Part shown: one piece after another, positions 35,753-45,758 of the stretch
Layout of the letters: every line of letters begins with the position of its first letter
Numbering within the stretch: the stretch's first letter is position 1
NCBI GenBank assembly: GCA_963792415.1
Contig: CAWBVY010000006.1
Span: forward strand, 320,001-384,000
Direction: 5' to 3'
Length of the DNA: 64,000 nucleotides
DNA from: Candidatus Deferrimicrobiaceae bacterium
GTDB lineage: Bacteria > Desulfobacterota > Deferrimicrobia > Deferrimicrobiales > Deferrimicrobiaceae
The notes under the pieces: model-generated
Seen by the model: the letters and a program-made list of their open reading frames with translations, nothing else
Databases searched by the model: none
What the model was told of the DNA's origin: nothing
Translations under genes and position numbers: made by a program

Positions 35753-36775
35753 GTGGCGGCAATGCGTATCGATCAACGCGGGAAATCGAATTCCATCAAG
35801 GATCTGCTGGTCAAGATCGCCAGGCGGGAGCACTTGGAGATCTTCGAAGGGGACTCTACTCCCTTTTCCGTTTACGCATCGGCCTGGCTGGAGAGGAAGA
35901 AGGCGACCCTTGCCCGCTCCACCTATGGCGATTATCGTTCGATCTGGAAGAAATATGTCCTCCCCCACTTCGGGAACATTCCGCTATGCCGGGTGACGAG
36001 GCGCGACGTGGAAGCGTTCCTCGACAACCTCCCGGAGATCTCCGCGAAGCGGAAGAACAACATCATGGTTCCGCTGAAGTGTCTCTTCAACGACGCCAGC
36101 CGGCGCGGAGAGATCGACGAGCCCCCCTCCGAGAACATCCGGCGCTTAAAGGAAATAAAGCCGTTCATCGATCCCTTCTCCTTCAGTGAAATGAAGCTTC
36201 TCCTGGAACACGTCGATCCCCATTACGGGGCGTATTTCACGACCGCGTTCCTGACGGGGATGCGGCCCAACGAGATGATCGCGCTCAAATGGTCCCAGGT
36301 GGATTTCGAAATGCGGTGCATCACCGTTCGGGAAGGCCGCGTCCTTGGAATCGAAGGACCGCCCAAGACGATGTCTTCCTATCGCGACATCGACATGCTC
36401 GATCCCCTCTTCGAGGCGCTGCGGAAGCATCAAGAGGGGGCTCGACCGGGATCGACGTACGTTTTCCCGGGGAAAACCGGCAGGCCGGTCGAAGTCAACA
36501 ACCTTCGGAAACGGGTCTGGTATCCCGCGATCGCCGCGGCCGGGTTGCGCCGGCGCACGATGTACCAGACGCGGCACACCTTCGCGTCGCTCATGCTTGG
36601 CCACGGCGAGGATCCGCTCTGGGTGGCGCGCATGCTGGGACACGCCGGCCTGGACATGATCTTCAAACATTACGGGAAGTTCATACGGAACCGCTCCCGG
36701 AAGGACGGTGGAAGGTTTCTGGAGGGGCTGAAGGAGGCGGAGGCTTTCCTGCAATCGGGCAGGCGGACAACCTAA
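35753..36775 (+). CDS. Phage/ICE-type tyrosine integrase
   Basis: TGMRPNE (R), PPKT (K), YQTRHTFAS, MLGH, KHY catalytic set; SAM-like core-binding domain; short N-terminus. Confidence 0.93.
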   Translation: MAAMRIDQRGKSNSIKDLLVKIARREHLEIFEGDSTPFSVYASAWLERKKATLARSTYGDYRSIWKKYVLPHFGNIPLCRVTRRDVEAFLDNLPEISAKRKNNIMVPLKCLFNDASRRGEIDEPPSENIRRLKEIKPFIDPFSFSEMKLLLEHVDPHYGAYFTTAFLTGMRPNEMIALKWSQVDFEMRCITVREGRVLGIEGPPKTMSSYRDIDMLDPLFEALRKHQEGARPGSTYVFPGKTGRPVEVNNLRKRVWYPAIAAAGLRRRTMYQTRHTFASLMLGHGEDPLWVARMLGHAGLDMIFKHYGKFIRNRSRKDGGRFLEGLKEAEAFLQSGRRTT

Positions 36776-36897
36776 CAGTCCGATATCATAATGCAATTCC
36801 ATTCCGACAACGGATGAGACTGGAAAAGGGATATCGGTTATATTGGCCTCATCGACCACGTACCGGGAGGCGATCGGTGGCCGTGCGCAAGGTCCCC

Positions 36898-37620
36898 ATG
36901 GCACTTCTTTCCACCCTTACCTGCCTCTTCCTGATCACCGCGCAGGCGAACGCCGGTTCCGAAGGATTCCTGGACCTGTATATCGGGACGGCCAGTAACT
37001 GGAGGGCGGACGTCAGCGTCTCCGAGACCACGTCCTCGGGTACGACATCCGCGGCCGCCTCGATCGATCTCCCTTCCTCGACGGAGTTCGGGATCCGTTT
37101 CGGCGCATGGTTCCCGACGTACAACTGGGTCGGGTTGGGGATCGACCTGGGGTACGCGCATGCGGAAGGACCCGGGGTGGACATAAACGCGTATCCGATG
37201 ACTCTCCTCCTCGCCCTCAGGGCGCCGCTCTTCCCGACCACGGATCGCCCCGGGGGAAGGCTGCAGCCGTACGCCATGGCCGGCGTGTCGTTTTACATTA
37301 CCGACGTGTCGATACAGCTCGAAGGGATGGGGGGGGACTCCAACCAGATGAGCTGGCCCTGGCCGTACGCCGCCAACTCGACAAATTATGTGTTCGGTCC
37401 TTACCTTGCCGCGGGGCTCGCGTGGCAGCCGACGAAGAGCTTCGCCATCTTCGGCGAATACCGGCACACGAGCTTCGACGTGGGATACGACACGACGAAC
37501 TCGTGGATCTGGCCGACGGCGAACGGGAGGGTGGACACGACGGTGAAGGCCGACCGGGCCCTTTTCGGGGTCTCCTACCGGTTCGGTGCGGACGCCCCGA
37601 AAAAAGAGGCGCAGCCGTGA
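36898..37620 (+). CDS. Outer-membrane beta-barrel protein
   Basis: Signal peptide, alternating beta strands, LQPYAMAGV, C-terminal GVSYRF. Confidence 0.8.
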   Translation: MALLSTLTCLFLITAQANAGSEGFLDLYIGTASNWRADVSVSETTSSGTTSAAASIDLPSSTEFGIRFGAWFPTYNWVGLGIDLGYAHAEGPGVDINAYPMTLLLALRAPLFPTTDRPGGRLQPYAMAGVSFYITDVSIQLEGMGGDSNQMSWPWPYAANSTNYVFGPYLAAGLAWQPTKSFAIFGEYRHTSFDVGYDTTNSWIWPTANGRVDTTVKADRALFGVSYRFGADAPKKEAQP

Positions 37621-37695
37621 ACGCGGCGCTCCCGTGCGGGCCGCTCTTTCGGATATAGTTGTTCCATCGACAATGCTTTCCAGGGGGGATAAAGA

Positions 37696-38619
37696 ATGGC
37701 GGCGAACGTGAGCTTCAAGGGGGTCTTCCCGATCCTGGTGACCCCGTTCGACGAGAAGGAGAACATCGACCTCGAGTCGTTCGACCGCGTGGTCCGCTTC
37801 ATGGCGAATATCGGCGTGGACGGCGTGACCATCCTGGGGGTTCTGGGCGAATCGAACCGGCTGGTCGATTCCGAACGGGAGGAACTGATCAAGGCGGCGG
37901 TGGCGGCGGCGGACGGGCGGATCCCCGTCGTCGTCGGGACCAGCCACAAGGGGACGCAGGCGACCCTGTACCTCAGCCTGGTGGCGGAGTCCCTCGGGGC
38001 GGCCGCCGTCATGGTGACCCCGTCGAAGGAGGCGGTTCCCAACGAGGAGCGGATCTTCGAGTATTTCCGGAAGGCGGCCCAGGAGATCACCATCCCGATC
38101 GTCCTGCAGGACCACCCCGGCTCGACGGAAGTCCACATGTCCGTGCCGCTGATCCTGCGGATGGTGAACGAGATCCCGCGGATCGCGTGCATCAAGCAGG
38201 AGGCGCCGCCGACCCCCGCCAGGATCGCCGCGCTGATCGCGGGAATGAAGGACCGGCGGGTGCCGATCCTGACCGGCCTCGGGGCCCTCTACGGGATGTT
38301 CGACCTGGAACGCGGCAGCGACGGGTACATGACGGGGTTCGCCTTCCCCGAGGTGCTGATCGCCATGGTGAAGTCGGTCCGGGAGGGCCGGATGGAGGAC
38401 GCTTGGGAGCTGTACCGCCGCTTCCTCCCCCTGATCGTCTTCGAGCAGCAGCCGGGAATCGCCATCCGCAAGGAGATCTATCGCCTCCGGGGACTCATCC
38501 GGAGCAACCGCGTGCGCCACCCCGGAGCGCCGCTGGTCGCCTCCGCAGGCGAGCAGCTCCGGTCGGTGATGGCACGCGTCCTCCCCGGCGTCGACATCAC
38601 GAGGCCGCTGGCGCTTTGA
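37696..38619 (+). CDS. Dihydrodipicolinate synthase (DapA-like) family aldolase
   Basis: GVFPILVTPF, G..GE, PVVVGT, IKQE Schiff-base Lys. Lacks the GTTGE motif of true DapA. Confidence 0.88.
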   Translation: MAANVSFKGVFPILVTPFDEKENIDLESFDRVVRFMANIGVDGVTILGVLGESNRLVDSEREELIKAAVAAADGRIPVVVGTSHKGTQATLYLSLVAESLGAAAVMVTPSKEAVPNEERIFEYFRKAAQEITIPIVLQDHPGSTEVHMSVPLILRMVNEIPRIACIKQEAPPTPARIAALIAGMKDRRVPILTGLGALYGMFDLERGSDGYMTGFAFPEVLIAMVKSVREGRMEDAWELYRRFLPLIVFEQQPGIAIRKEIYRLRGLIRSNRVRHPGAPLVASAGEQLRSVMARVLPGVDITRPLAL

Positions 38620-38677
38620 GCCGGACGCCGCTCCCGGAGGCGCGGCGACGAAAGCGGTGCGGAGGATCCGGGGGCGG

Positions 38678-39685
38678 CTACCGCTTCTTGAACGGTCCCC
38701 GGGGCTTCGGGGGGGACTTCTTCTTCCCGGGGTGTTTCGCGCCCCGCTTCCAGGCGGGCTTCGGCTGGCGCGGCCCCTTGCGCTCGGCGTCCCTGGCCGC
38801 GATCGCCGCCTTCTCCTTCTCGACCTCTTTTTTTCGCGCCGCCTCGTTGATCGACTGCTTGATCACCTTCCGCTTCCCGCGGTCGGCGGGAGTCTCGAAC
38901 CGCTTCGGCCGGCGCGGCACGTCGGCGGGGGGCTTCTGGCCGGCCACTTCCACCTCCCGGCGGTCCATGTAGGCGTTCATCTCGCGGACTTCCTTCGACG
39001 TGAGGTAGCGCCACTCCCCCGGCTCGACGCCGGCGAGCTCCAGCGGCCCGATCGCGACGCGCCGCAGCTTGGTGACCCGGTGGCCGATGGCGTCGAACAT
39101 CTTCCGGACCTGGTGGTACCGGCCTTCCGCGATGCGCATCATCACCCACGCCTTGCCGCCCTTCTTCTCGATGAAGTTGATCTGGGCGGGGGTCGTCATC
39201 TTCCCCTCGATCGCCACGCCGCGGCGCAGGACGTTCAGCTCCGCCGGGCGGGGGACGCTCTGCAGCTTGGCGATGTACGTCTTCTCGACGCCGAACCGCG
39301 GGTGCGTGAGCCGGTAGGCGAACTCGCCGTCGTTCGTGAGCAGGAGCAGCCCGGTCGTGTGGAAGTCGAGGCGGCCGACGGGGAAGACGCGGGAGGAGAG
39401 CTCGCCGACGAGCGACGGGGCGGTCTTGCGTCCCTCGCGGTCCTTCATCGTGGTCACGACGTTGTCGGGCTTGTACAGCATGATGTAGATCTTCTCTTCC
39501 TGGACGGGAACGAGGGTGCGGCCGTCGAGGCGCACCTCCTGCGTGGCCGGGTCCCACAGCGTGCCGGGGTCCAGGACGGGAACGCCGCCCACGGTGACGC
39601 GGCCGTTGCGGACCATCTCGTCGGCCACGCGGCGGGAGACGCTCGCGGCCAGCGAGAGGTACCGGTTCAGGCGCTCAGTCGCCAT
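38678..39685 (-). CDS. rluB: Pseudouridine synthase, RluB/RsuA family (in frame with upstream scpB as assembled)
   Basis: S4 domain ERLNRYL...SRR, FPVGRLD, LTNDG, HPRF.VEKTY, EGRYHQVRKM. Confidence 0.9.
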   Translation of the reverse strand: MATERLNRYLSLAASVSRRVADEMVRNGRVTVGGVPVLDPGTLWDPATQEVRLDGRTLVPVQEEKIYIMLYKPDNVVTTMKDREGRKTAPSLVGELSSRVFPVGRLDFHTTGLLLLTNDGEFAYRLTHPRFGVEKTYIAKLQSVPRPAELNVLRRGVAIEGKMTTPAQINFIEKKGGKAWVMMRIAEGRYHQVRKMFDAIGHRVTKLRRVAIGPLELAGVEPGEWRYLTSKEVREMNAYMDRREVEVAGQKPPADVPRRPKRFETPADRGKRKVIKQSINEAARKKEVEKEKAAIAARDAERKGPRQPKPAWKRGAKHPGKKKSPPKPRGPFKKR

Positions 39686-40594
39686 TTTTTGGCTCGCTCC
39701 CCCCCCTCCCGCCTTCGAGGCGGCGTCCGACAGCTCGGCCTCGGTCACGTCCGGCGGGATCTCCCTTTCCGGCGCGGAGCCCCCTTCCGCCGCCGGCCCG
39801 GCTTCGGCCAGGCTCGCGGCGAGCTCGTCCCCGCCCTGGTCGATGGCACCGTCGGAGATCGCCGGCAGGTGCATCGTCGGGCGGCTTTCCTCGACCGGCG
39901 TGCCGGTGGAGGCGGCGAGGAAGTCCTCGATATCCCGCATCGACGGCAGCTCGGAGAGGGAGCCGAGGCTGAACGTCTCCATGAACTCCCGGGTGGTTCC
40001 GAAGAGGAACGGCTTTCCGGGGACGTCCTTCTTCCCCATCACCTTGACGAGCCGCCGGTCCATCAGGGTCTTCAAGGATCCGGCGCAATCCACCCCGCGG
40101 ATCTGTTCGATCTCCTGCCGGGTCAGCGGCTGCTTGTAGGCGATGATCGCCAGCGTCTCCAGCGCGGCCCGGGAGAAGCGCGGCGGCTTCACGTCGAAGA
40201 GACGGCGCACGTGCTCCTGGTTCGCCGGGCTGGTGCGGAACTGAAACCCCTTTGCCACCTCTTCCACGAGGATGCCCGAGGAATCCGCGGGGTATTTCGC
40301 CCGGAGGAGGGCGAGCACCTCACGCACCTGTGCCCGGTTGAGGCCGCCCAGCAGCTGGCGCGCCTTGTCGAGGGAAATCGGCTCGGTGGAAACGAGGAGG
40401 AGGCTCTCCAGGATCGATGCGGCGCGCGGAAGATCGGCGTCCGGCTCCGGCGGCTCCGGCTCCGCCCCGGGGGCGGGGCGCAGCAGCTCGTCGACGGTGA
40501 TCGACTCCCCGGACGCCGGCGGCACCGTCGGAGGGTCGGCGGACGCCGGCGGATCACTCCCCGTCGACGGATTCGGTTTCGGTGTCTCTTCCAT
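39686..40594 (-). CDS. scpB: SMC-Scp complex subunit ScpB (no stop before rluB in this sequence)
   Basis: SRAALETLAIIAYKQPLTRQEIEQIRGV...PGKPFLFGTT.EF...LSELP. Confidence 0.9.
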
Positions 40595-41303
40595 TTTCGG
40601 TCTCCCGGACGGCGGGCACGATGCTGATCAGCCCCAGCGGGTTCGCCTGGTACACGCGAATCGTCTTGAGGCGGACCAGCTCGAGGATGCCCAGAAAAAA
40701 GGATACGATCTCGTTCCTCGACTGGCAATGCGCAACGATGTCCTCGAAGCGGATGGACCCCTCCTCCTTCAGGCGATCGAGGAGGAAAGCGATGGCGTCG
40801 GCGATGGTGAGCCGATCGACGGAGAACTCCGCGGCGGCGTCGACGGGCATCCGCGCCAGGGCGTCCTTGAAGGCCGTGATGAGGTCCGCCATCGAAAGCT
40901 CCGTGATGAGGAGCTCCTCGCCCGGGATCTCCTCCCCGAGGAAATCGCGTACGAAGACGTCCCGCCCCAGCACCGGGCGGTCGCCCAGGCGCGCCGCCGC
41001 CTCCTTGAACCGCTCGTACTCGATCAGGCGCCGGGACAGCTCCTGGCGCATCACCTCGGGGTCCTCCTCTTCCTCCTCGTCCCCGTGTCGCGGCAGGAGC
41101 GACTTCGACTTGATGTGGACGAGGGTGGAGGCCATCACCAGGAACTCGCCCGCGACATCGAGGTTCAGCGCCTGCATCAGGTCGAGGTAGGCCAGGTACT
41201 GCTCGGTGATCTTCGCGATCGGGATGTCGTTGATGTCGAGCTTCTGATCGCGGACCAGGTGCAGCAGGATGTCGAGGGGGCCCTCGAAGACGTCGAGGCG
41301 CAA
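40554..41303 (-). CDS. scpA: Segregation and condensation protein A
   Basis: FEGPLDILLHL...IDI.I..IT.QYL...AGEFLVMA..L..IKS..LLP. Start uncertain (TTG 41303 or CTG 41381). Confidence 0.92.
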   Translation of the reverse strand: MRLDVFEGPLDILLHLVRDQKLDINDIPIAKITEQYLAYLDLMQALNLDVAGEFLVMASTLVHIKSKSLLPRHGDEEEEEDPEVMRQELSRRLIEYERFKEAAARLGDRPVLGRDVFVRDFLGEEIPGEELLITELSMADLITAFKDALARMPVDAAAEFSVDRLTIADAIAFLLDRLKEEGSIRFEDIVAHCQSRNEIVSFFLGILELVRLKTIRVYQANPLGLISIVPAVRETENGRDTETESVDGE

Positions 41304-41367
41304 CGGGACCTCCCCGACGGGGCTTGTCGGGGGGGCGCCGGCGTGCCGGGCGGGATCCGGCCTTTCG

Positions 41368-42348
41368 TCAGATCCGGACAGCGTCCCGGACCTCCGCCAT
41401 CTTGGCGCCCGCCACCTCCCGCGCGCGGCGCGTGCCGTCGGCCAGGATGTCGCGCACGGAGACGCCGCTTTCGAGGACCTGCAGGCGCTTCTCGCGAACC
41501 GGGGCGAGGACCTTCTCCATCCCTTCGAACATCCACTTCTTGCACTCGATGCACCCGATGCCCGCGGTGCGGCACCCCACGTCCACCTTCGCGACCGTCG
41601 CATCGTCCGAAAAGATCTTGTGGTAGGAGAATATGTTGCAGATCTCGGGATTCCCGCAGTCGGTGCGCCGCTGCCGCGCCGGGTCGGTGACCATCGTCTT
41701 CACCTTCCCCCACGCCTCCTCCGACGTGTCGGAGAGGAGGATCGCGTTGCCGTAGCTCTTGCTCATCTTCCGGGTGTCGGTCCCCATCATCTTCGACGTC
41801 TCGGTCAGGTACGCCTCGGGGACGGTCAGGCACTCCCTGTACAGGAAGTTGAACCGCCGGGCGATCTCGCGGGTGAGCTCGAGGTGCGGGACCTGGTCGA
41901 TGCCGACGGGGACGAGCGTGGCGTCGTACATCAGGATGTCGGCCGCCTGGAGGACCGGGTAGCCGAGGAAGCCGTACGTCTGCAGGTCGCGCGTGGTCTG
42001 CTCCCGGAGCTGCTCCTTGTAGGTCGGGTTCCGCTCCAGCCACGGCAGCGGCGTGATCATGGAGAGGAGCAGGTGCAGCTCGGCGTGCTCGGGGACGTGG
42101 CTCTGGATGAAGAGCGTCGCCCTTTGCGGGTCGATCCCGGAGGCCAGCCAGTCGATGACCATGTCGTCGATGCTCTCGCGGATCACGGCGGTGCGGTCGT
42201 ACTCGGTGGTCAGCGCGTGCCAGTCGGCGACGAAGAAGAAGCAGTCGTTCTCCTCCTGGAGCTTCTTCCAGTTGACCAGGACCCCGAGGTAGTGCCCCAG
42301 GTGAAGCTGACCGCTCGGCCGCATGCCGCTCAAGACCCGTTTCCGCAA
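41368..42348 (-). CDS. trpS: Tryptophan--tRNA ligase
   Basis: SGMRPSG.LHLGH, YPVLQAADIL, VPVG.DQ, KMSKS. Confidence 0.97.
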   Translation of the reverse strand: MRKRVLSGMRPSGQLHLGHYLGVLVNWKKLQEENDCFFFVADWHALTTEYDRTAVIRESIDDMVIDWLASGIDPQRATLFIQSHVPEHAELHLLLSMITPLPWLERNPTYKEQLREQTTRDLQTYGFLGYPVLQAADILMYDATLVPVGIDQVPHLELTREIARRFNFLYRECLTVPEAYLTETSKMMGTDTRKMSKSYGNAILLSDTSEEAWGKVKTMVTDPARQRRTDCGNPEICNIFSYHKIFSDDATVAKVDVGCRTAGIGCIECKKWMFEGMEKVLAPVREKRLQVLESGVSVRDILADGTRRAREVAGAKMAEVRDAVRI

Positions 42349-42372
42349 CGCCTCGCCTCCGCCGGTGATGGG

Positions 42373-43071
42373 TTATCCGCCCAGGATGAATGTCGAGAGA
42401 GTGCCGACGAACCGCCAGATTACACCAAGCGGGCCGACCATGAGAAGCAGAAGAACGATCAGCATGCCGTAGCGCTCCACCGACGCCAGCGCCATCGAGG
42501 GACCGGGCGGCAGCAGGCCCACGGCGATCCGTCCGCCGTCCAGGGGAGGGACCGGGATCAGGTTGAAGACGGCCAGGAGCACGTTGAACTGCACGGAGAC
42601 GACGCACATGAGCGTCAGGGGGATTAGGACGGCGCGTGCCGGGGTGGTCGTCAGGGGGGCGGCGCCGTGCGTCATCGCCTCGAGCAGGAGGGCCGGGTCG
42701 ATGGTGGTGAGGATGCGGAACAGGATGCCGGAGAGGGCGGCCAGGCCGAGGTTCGTGACGACCCCCGCGGCGGCGACGAAGATCGGGTCCCGCTTCTGGT
42801 CGCGCAGCAGGCGAAAGTTGACGGGGACCGGCTTGGCCCACCCGAACACGACCCCCGTGCCCAGCAGGAGCATCATGGCCGGGAGGAGGATCGTCCCGAA
42901 CGGATCGATGTGGGGAAGCGGGTTGAGCGTCACCCGCCCCAGCATCTTCGCCGTGGGATCCCCCTTCCTGTACGCGGCCCAGCCGTGCGCCGCCTCGTGG
43001 AAGGTGATCGCAAGGATGACGGGGATCGCATATACGGAAAGTTTGTGAAGGAACTGTGCTATGTCGGGCAA
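42373..43071 (-). CDS. Site-2 protease (M50) family
   Basis: HEAAH, TLNP..HIDP.GT, FNLIPVPPLDG. Confidence 0.93.
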   Translation of the reverse strand: MPDIAQFLHKLSVYAIPVILAITFHEAAHGWAAYRKGDPTAKMLGRVTLNPLPHIDPFGTILLPAMMLLLGTGVVFGWAKPVPVNFRLLRDQKRDPIFVAAAGVVTNLGLAALSGILFRILTTIDPALLLEAMTHGAAPLTTTPARAVLIPLTLMCVVSVQFNVLLAVFNLIPVPPLDGGRIAVGLLPPGPSMALASVERYGMLIVLLLLMVGPLGVIWRFVGTLSTFILGG

Positions 43072-43099
43072 ACCGTCATCCTTTCTGTTCGGGAGGGTC

Positions 43100-45751
43100 T
43101 TATTCTACCACCGAAGAGGGTGTCGGGGGAGCGTGGGAGAGGAGGTAGGCGATCTCCTCCTTCTTGTTGCGGAGTTCGCCGGCCAGCCGTCGCTCGAGGA
43201 GGAGGTCGAAGATCTCCTTGAAGCGCGGGCCGGGAGAATACCCGAGCTCGAGGAGGTCCTGCCCGTTCAGATGGAGGCGGACGTTTTTCAACTGGGTGTA
43301 ATACAGGGAAATATATCTTTTTATATCGGGATGTTTCGCTCGTGCCATCAAGTAAAGAATCACTTCGGTCGGCAAGGGGGAGAGTACGTCGTGGATCAAC
43401 TTCCGGGAGACGGAAGGCGTCGAAATCAGCCGCAGGATCACGCTCTCCCCCTCGTCCTTGCAGATCCTGACCCACTCGCGCACCCGGGAGCGCACTCCGA
43501 AATCCTTCGCCAGCTTCTTCGCGTCGTCCGCGGGAAGGGGGTCGAGGATCGCGAGGAACGACACCGCCCACCTCTCGACCTTCTCCTCGAGGAAGAGGAG
43601 GGAGAACCAGGCGAGCACCTTCTGCACCTCGCCGAGGAGCGCCAGGTGCGGCTTGTCGAGCGTCAGGGCGGGATGGATCGACGTCCCGAGGCCGAGTTCG
43701 GAGAGGCGCCGGATGATCCAAACCGGATCCTTCTCTTTAAGTATCAGCTCCAACTCACTGTATAATCTTGGCTTTGGAATCCTGGCCAAAAGGTCCAGCC
43801 GGACGGCGTTCCGGATGAGGTTCAACGTGTGCCGGCCGACAGTGAAGCCGAACCGCCGCTCGAAGCGCATCGCCCGGAGGATCCGCGTCGGGTCCTCGAC
43901 AAACGACAGGGAGTGGAGCACCCGGATGACCTTCTCCTTGATGTCCCGCTGTGCGCCGAAGAAGTCGACCACCTCCCCGAACCCCTCGGGGGAAAGCCGC
44001 ACGGCCAGGGTATTGATGACGAAATCCCGGCGATACATGTCCTGCTTGAGGGAGCTGTACTCCACCGTGGGGAGGGCTGCCGGCTTGAGGTAATATTCTA
44101 CGCGCGCGGTGGCGACGTCGATCTTGAAGTCGTCCTGGAAGACCAGCACCGCGGTGCCGAACTTGTGGTGCGGCCGGACGCGGGCGCCCTGCTCCTCGGC
44201 GAACTCCTCGGCGAACCGGATCCCGTCCCCCTCCACCACGATGTCCACGTCGAGGTTGTCGACCCGCATCACGAGGTCGCGAACGAACCCCCCGACGGCG
44301 AACGCCTTCATCCCCAGCCGTTCCGCGCACTCCCCCGCCGCCCGCAGCAGGGACAGCACGCGCGCGGGAAGACGATCCCGCATCAGGTTCCCGACGTTCT
44401 TGCGGGGCGCCATCGCCCCTTCCGCGTCGACATCCTCCTCGATTCCGGGATGCTCCACGTCCCGAAGGTCGTAGAGGAAGAGGAGCAGCCCCGTCCGGGT
44501 GATGACTCCGAGGAGCTCCTTCCCCCGAACCACCGGGACCAGCCGCTGGTTCTTCCCGATGATGATCTCCTCGATCCGCTCGATCTCGGTTTCGGGCGTC
44601 GCCGTCTCGTAGTCGGCGTTCATGTACTCCCCCGCCCGCTCCCCGCCCAGGCCGTGGTAGACGGCCTTCTCCACCACCTGCCGGGTAAGGATCCCCACCA
44701 CCTTCCCGCCTCGCATCACCGGAACGGCGTTGATGTTGGACCGGGTGAGCGCGTGGTGCACCTCGAGGATCGTATCCCCGGCGTCGACGGTGCGCGCGGG
44801 GGACGCCATCACGTCCGCTGCCGAGCGCCTGGGGATCACTTTCTCCTCGAGCACGCGCAGGATCTTCTCCCGGACCTGGAACGTCGTCATCTCCTTCACC
44901 GTCGCCGAGGCGGCGTAGGCGTGCCCGCCGCCGCCGAATTCCCGCATCACCGCGGCCGCGTCCACCTCCGGCTTCCGGCTGCGGCCCACCAGCACGACCC
45001 GATCCCCCATCTGGCAGATGGCGAAGAGGATGCTCACCCCCTCCATGTCGCGCAATTTGTGCACAAGGAGCGCCAGGTCCCCGACGTACTCCTCCCGTCG
45101 CGCCTCGGCGATCACCACCTCGACCCCGCGGATCTTGTACTCCCGCGTCCCCTGGAGCAGGTCGTACAGCAGGGAGATCTGCCCGGAGGTCAGATCCTTG
45201 GCGAGGATATCGGACACCTGGGTGAGCATCGCCCCGCAGGAGAGCAGGTGCGCCGCGGCGAGATAGTCTTCCACCGTGGTCGACGGGAATCCGAGCGAGC
45301 CGGTGTCCTCGTAGATCCCCAGCATCATCACCGTCGCCTCGTCCGGCGTGATGGGGATCCCGCGCTCCTTGAGGATATGGACGAGGATCGTCGTGGTCGA
45401 ACCGACGCGCCGGATCACCTCGAGGTCGCCCTTGACGTCGGCATCCTCGTCGGGATGGTGGTCGTAGACGTGGACGAGGACACCCGGGCGCCCGATCAGT
45501 TCCCCGAAGATCCCGATGCGGGAGCGGGTGCGGATGTCGACCAGGATCAGGCGGGTCACCTTGTCGAGGTCGATCTCGCGGGGCTTTCGCATCGGCAGGT
45601 TGTAGAAGGCGGACTGGACGAGGAACCCCTTGACCGTCTCTTCCTGCGACCCTGGCAGGACGCAGATCGCCTCGGGGTAAAGTTTGCACGCCGCGAGCAT
45701 CGACCCGATGGTGTCGAAGTCGGCGTTCAGGTGGGTGGTGATGACGTCCAT
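43100..45751 (-). CDS. DHH/CBS-domain tRNA nucleotidyltransferase (probable A-adding enzyme)
   Basis: TTHLNADFD, DHH, CBS pair, VGGFVRDL, DVDIVVEG, RRDF.IN, SFVEDPTRILRA.RF. Confidence 0.9.
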   Translation of the reverse strand: MDVITTHLNADFDTIGSMLAACKLYPEAICVLPGSQEETVKGFLVQSAFYNLPMRKPREIDLDKVTRLILVDIRTRSRIGIFGELIGRPGVLVHVYDHHPDEDADVKGDLEVIRRVGSTTTILVHILKERGIPITPDEATVMMLGIYEDTGSLGFPSTTVEDYLAAAHLLSCGAMLTQVSDILAKDLTSGQISLLYDLLQGTREYKIRGVEVVIAEARREEYVGDLALLVHKLRDMEGVSILFAICQMGDRVVLVGRSRKPEVDAAAVMREFGGGGHAYAASATVKEMTTFQVREKILRVLEEKVIPRRSAADVMASPARTVDAGDTILEVHHALTRSNINAVPVMRGGKVVGILTRQVVEKAVYHGLGGERAGEYMNADYETATPETEIERIEEIIIGKNQRLVPVVRGKELLGVITRTGLLLFLYDLRDVEHPGIEEDVDAEGAMAPRKNVGNLMRDRLPARVLSLLRAAGECAERLGMKAFAVGGFVRDLVMRVDNLDVDIVVEGDGIRFAEEFAEEQGARVRPHHKFGTAVLVFQDDFKIDVATARVEYYLKPAALPTVEYSSLKQDMYRRDFVINTLAVRLSPEGFGEVVDFFGAQRDIKEKVIRVLHSLSFVEDPTRILRAMRFERRFGFTVGRHTLNLIRNAVRLDLLARIPKPRLYSELELILKEKDPVWIIRRLSELGLGTSIHPALTLDKPHLALLGEVQKVLAWFSLLFLEEKVERWAVSFLAILDPLPADDAKKLAKDFGVRSRVREWVRICKDEGESVILRLISTPSVSRKLIHDVLSPLPTEVILYLMARAKHPDIKRYISLYYTQLKNVRLHLNGQDLLELGYSPGPRFKEIFDLLLERRLAGELRNKKEEIAYLLSHAPPTPSSVVE

Positions 45752-45758
45752 GTCGGTG

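Noticed and set aside
35753-36775. Integrase as the IntI for the attC cassettes
   Set aside because: Its motifs are phage/ICE-like, no IntI-specific insertion before the HxxR box is evident, and it is more than 16 kb from the cassettes.
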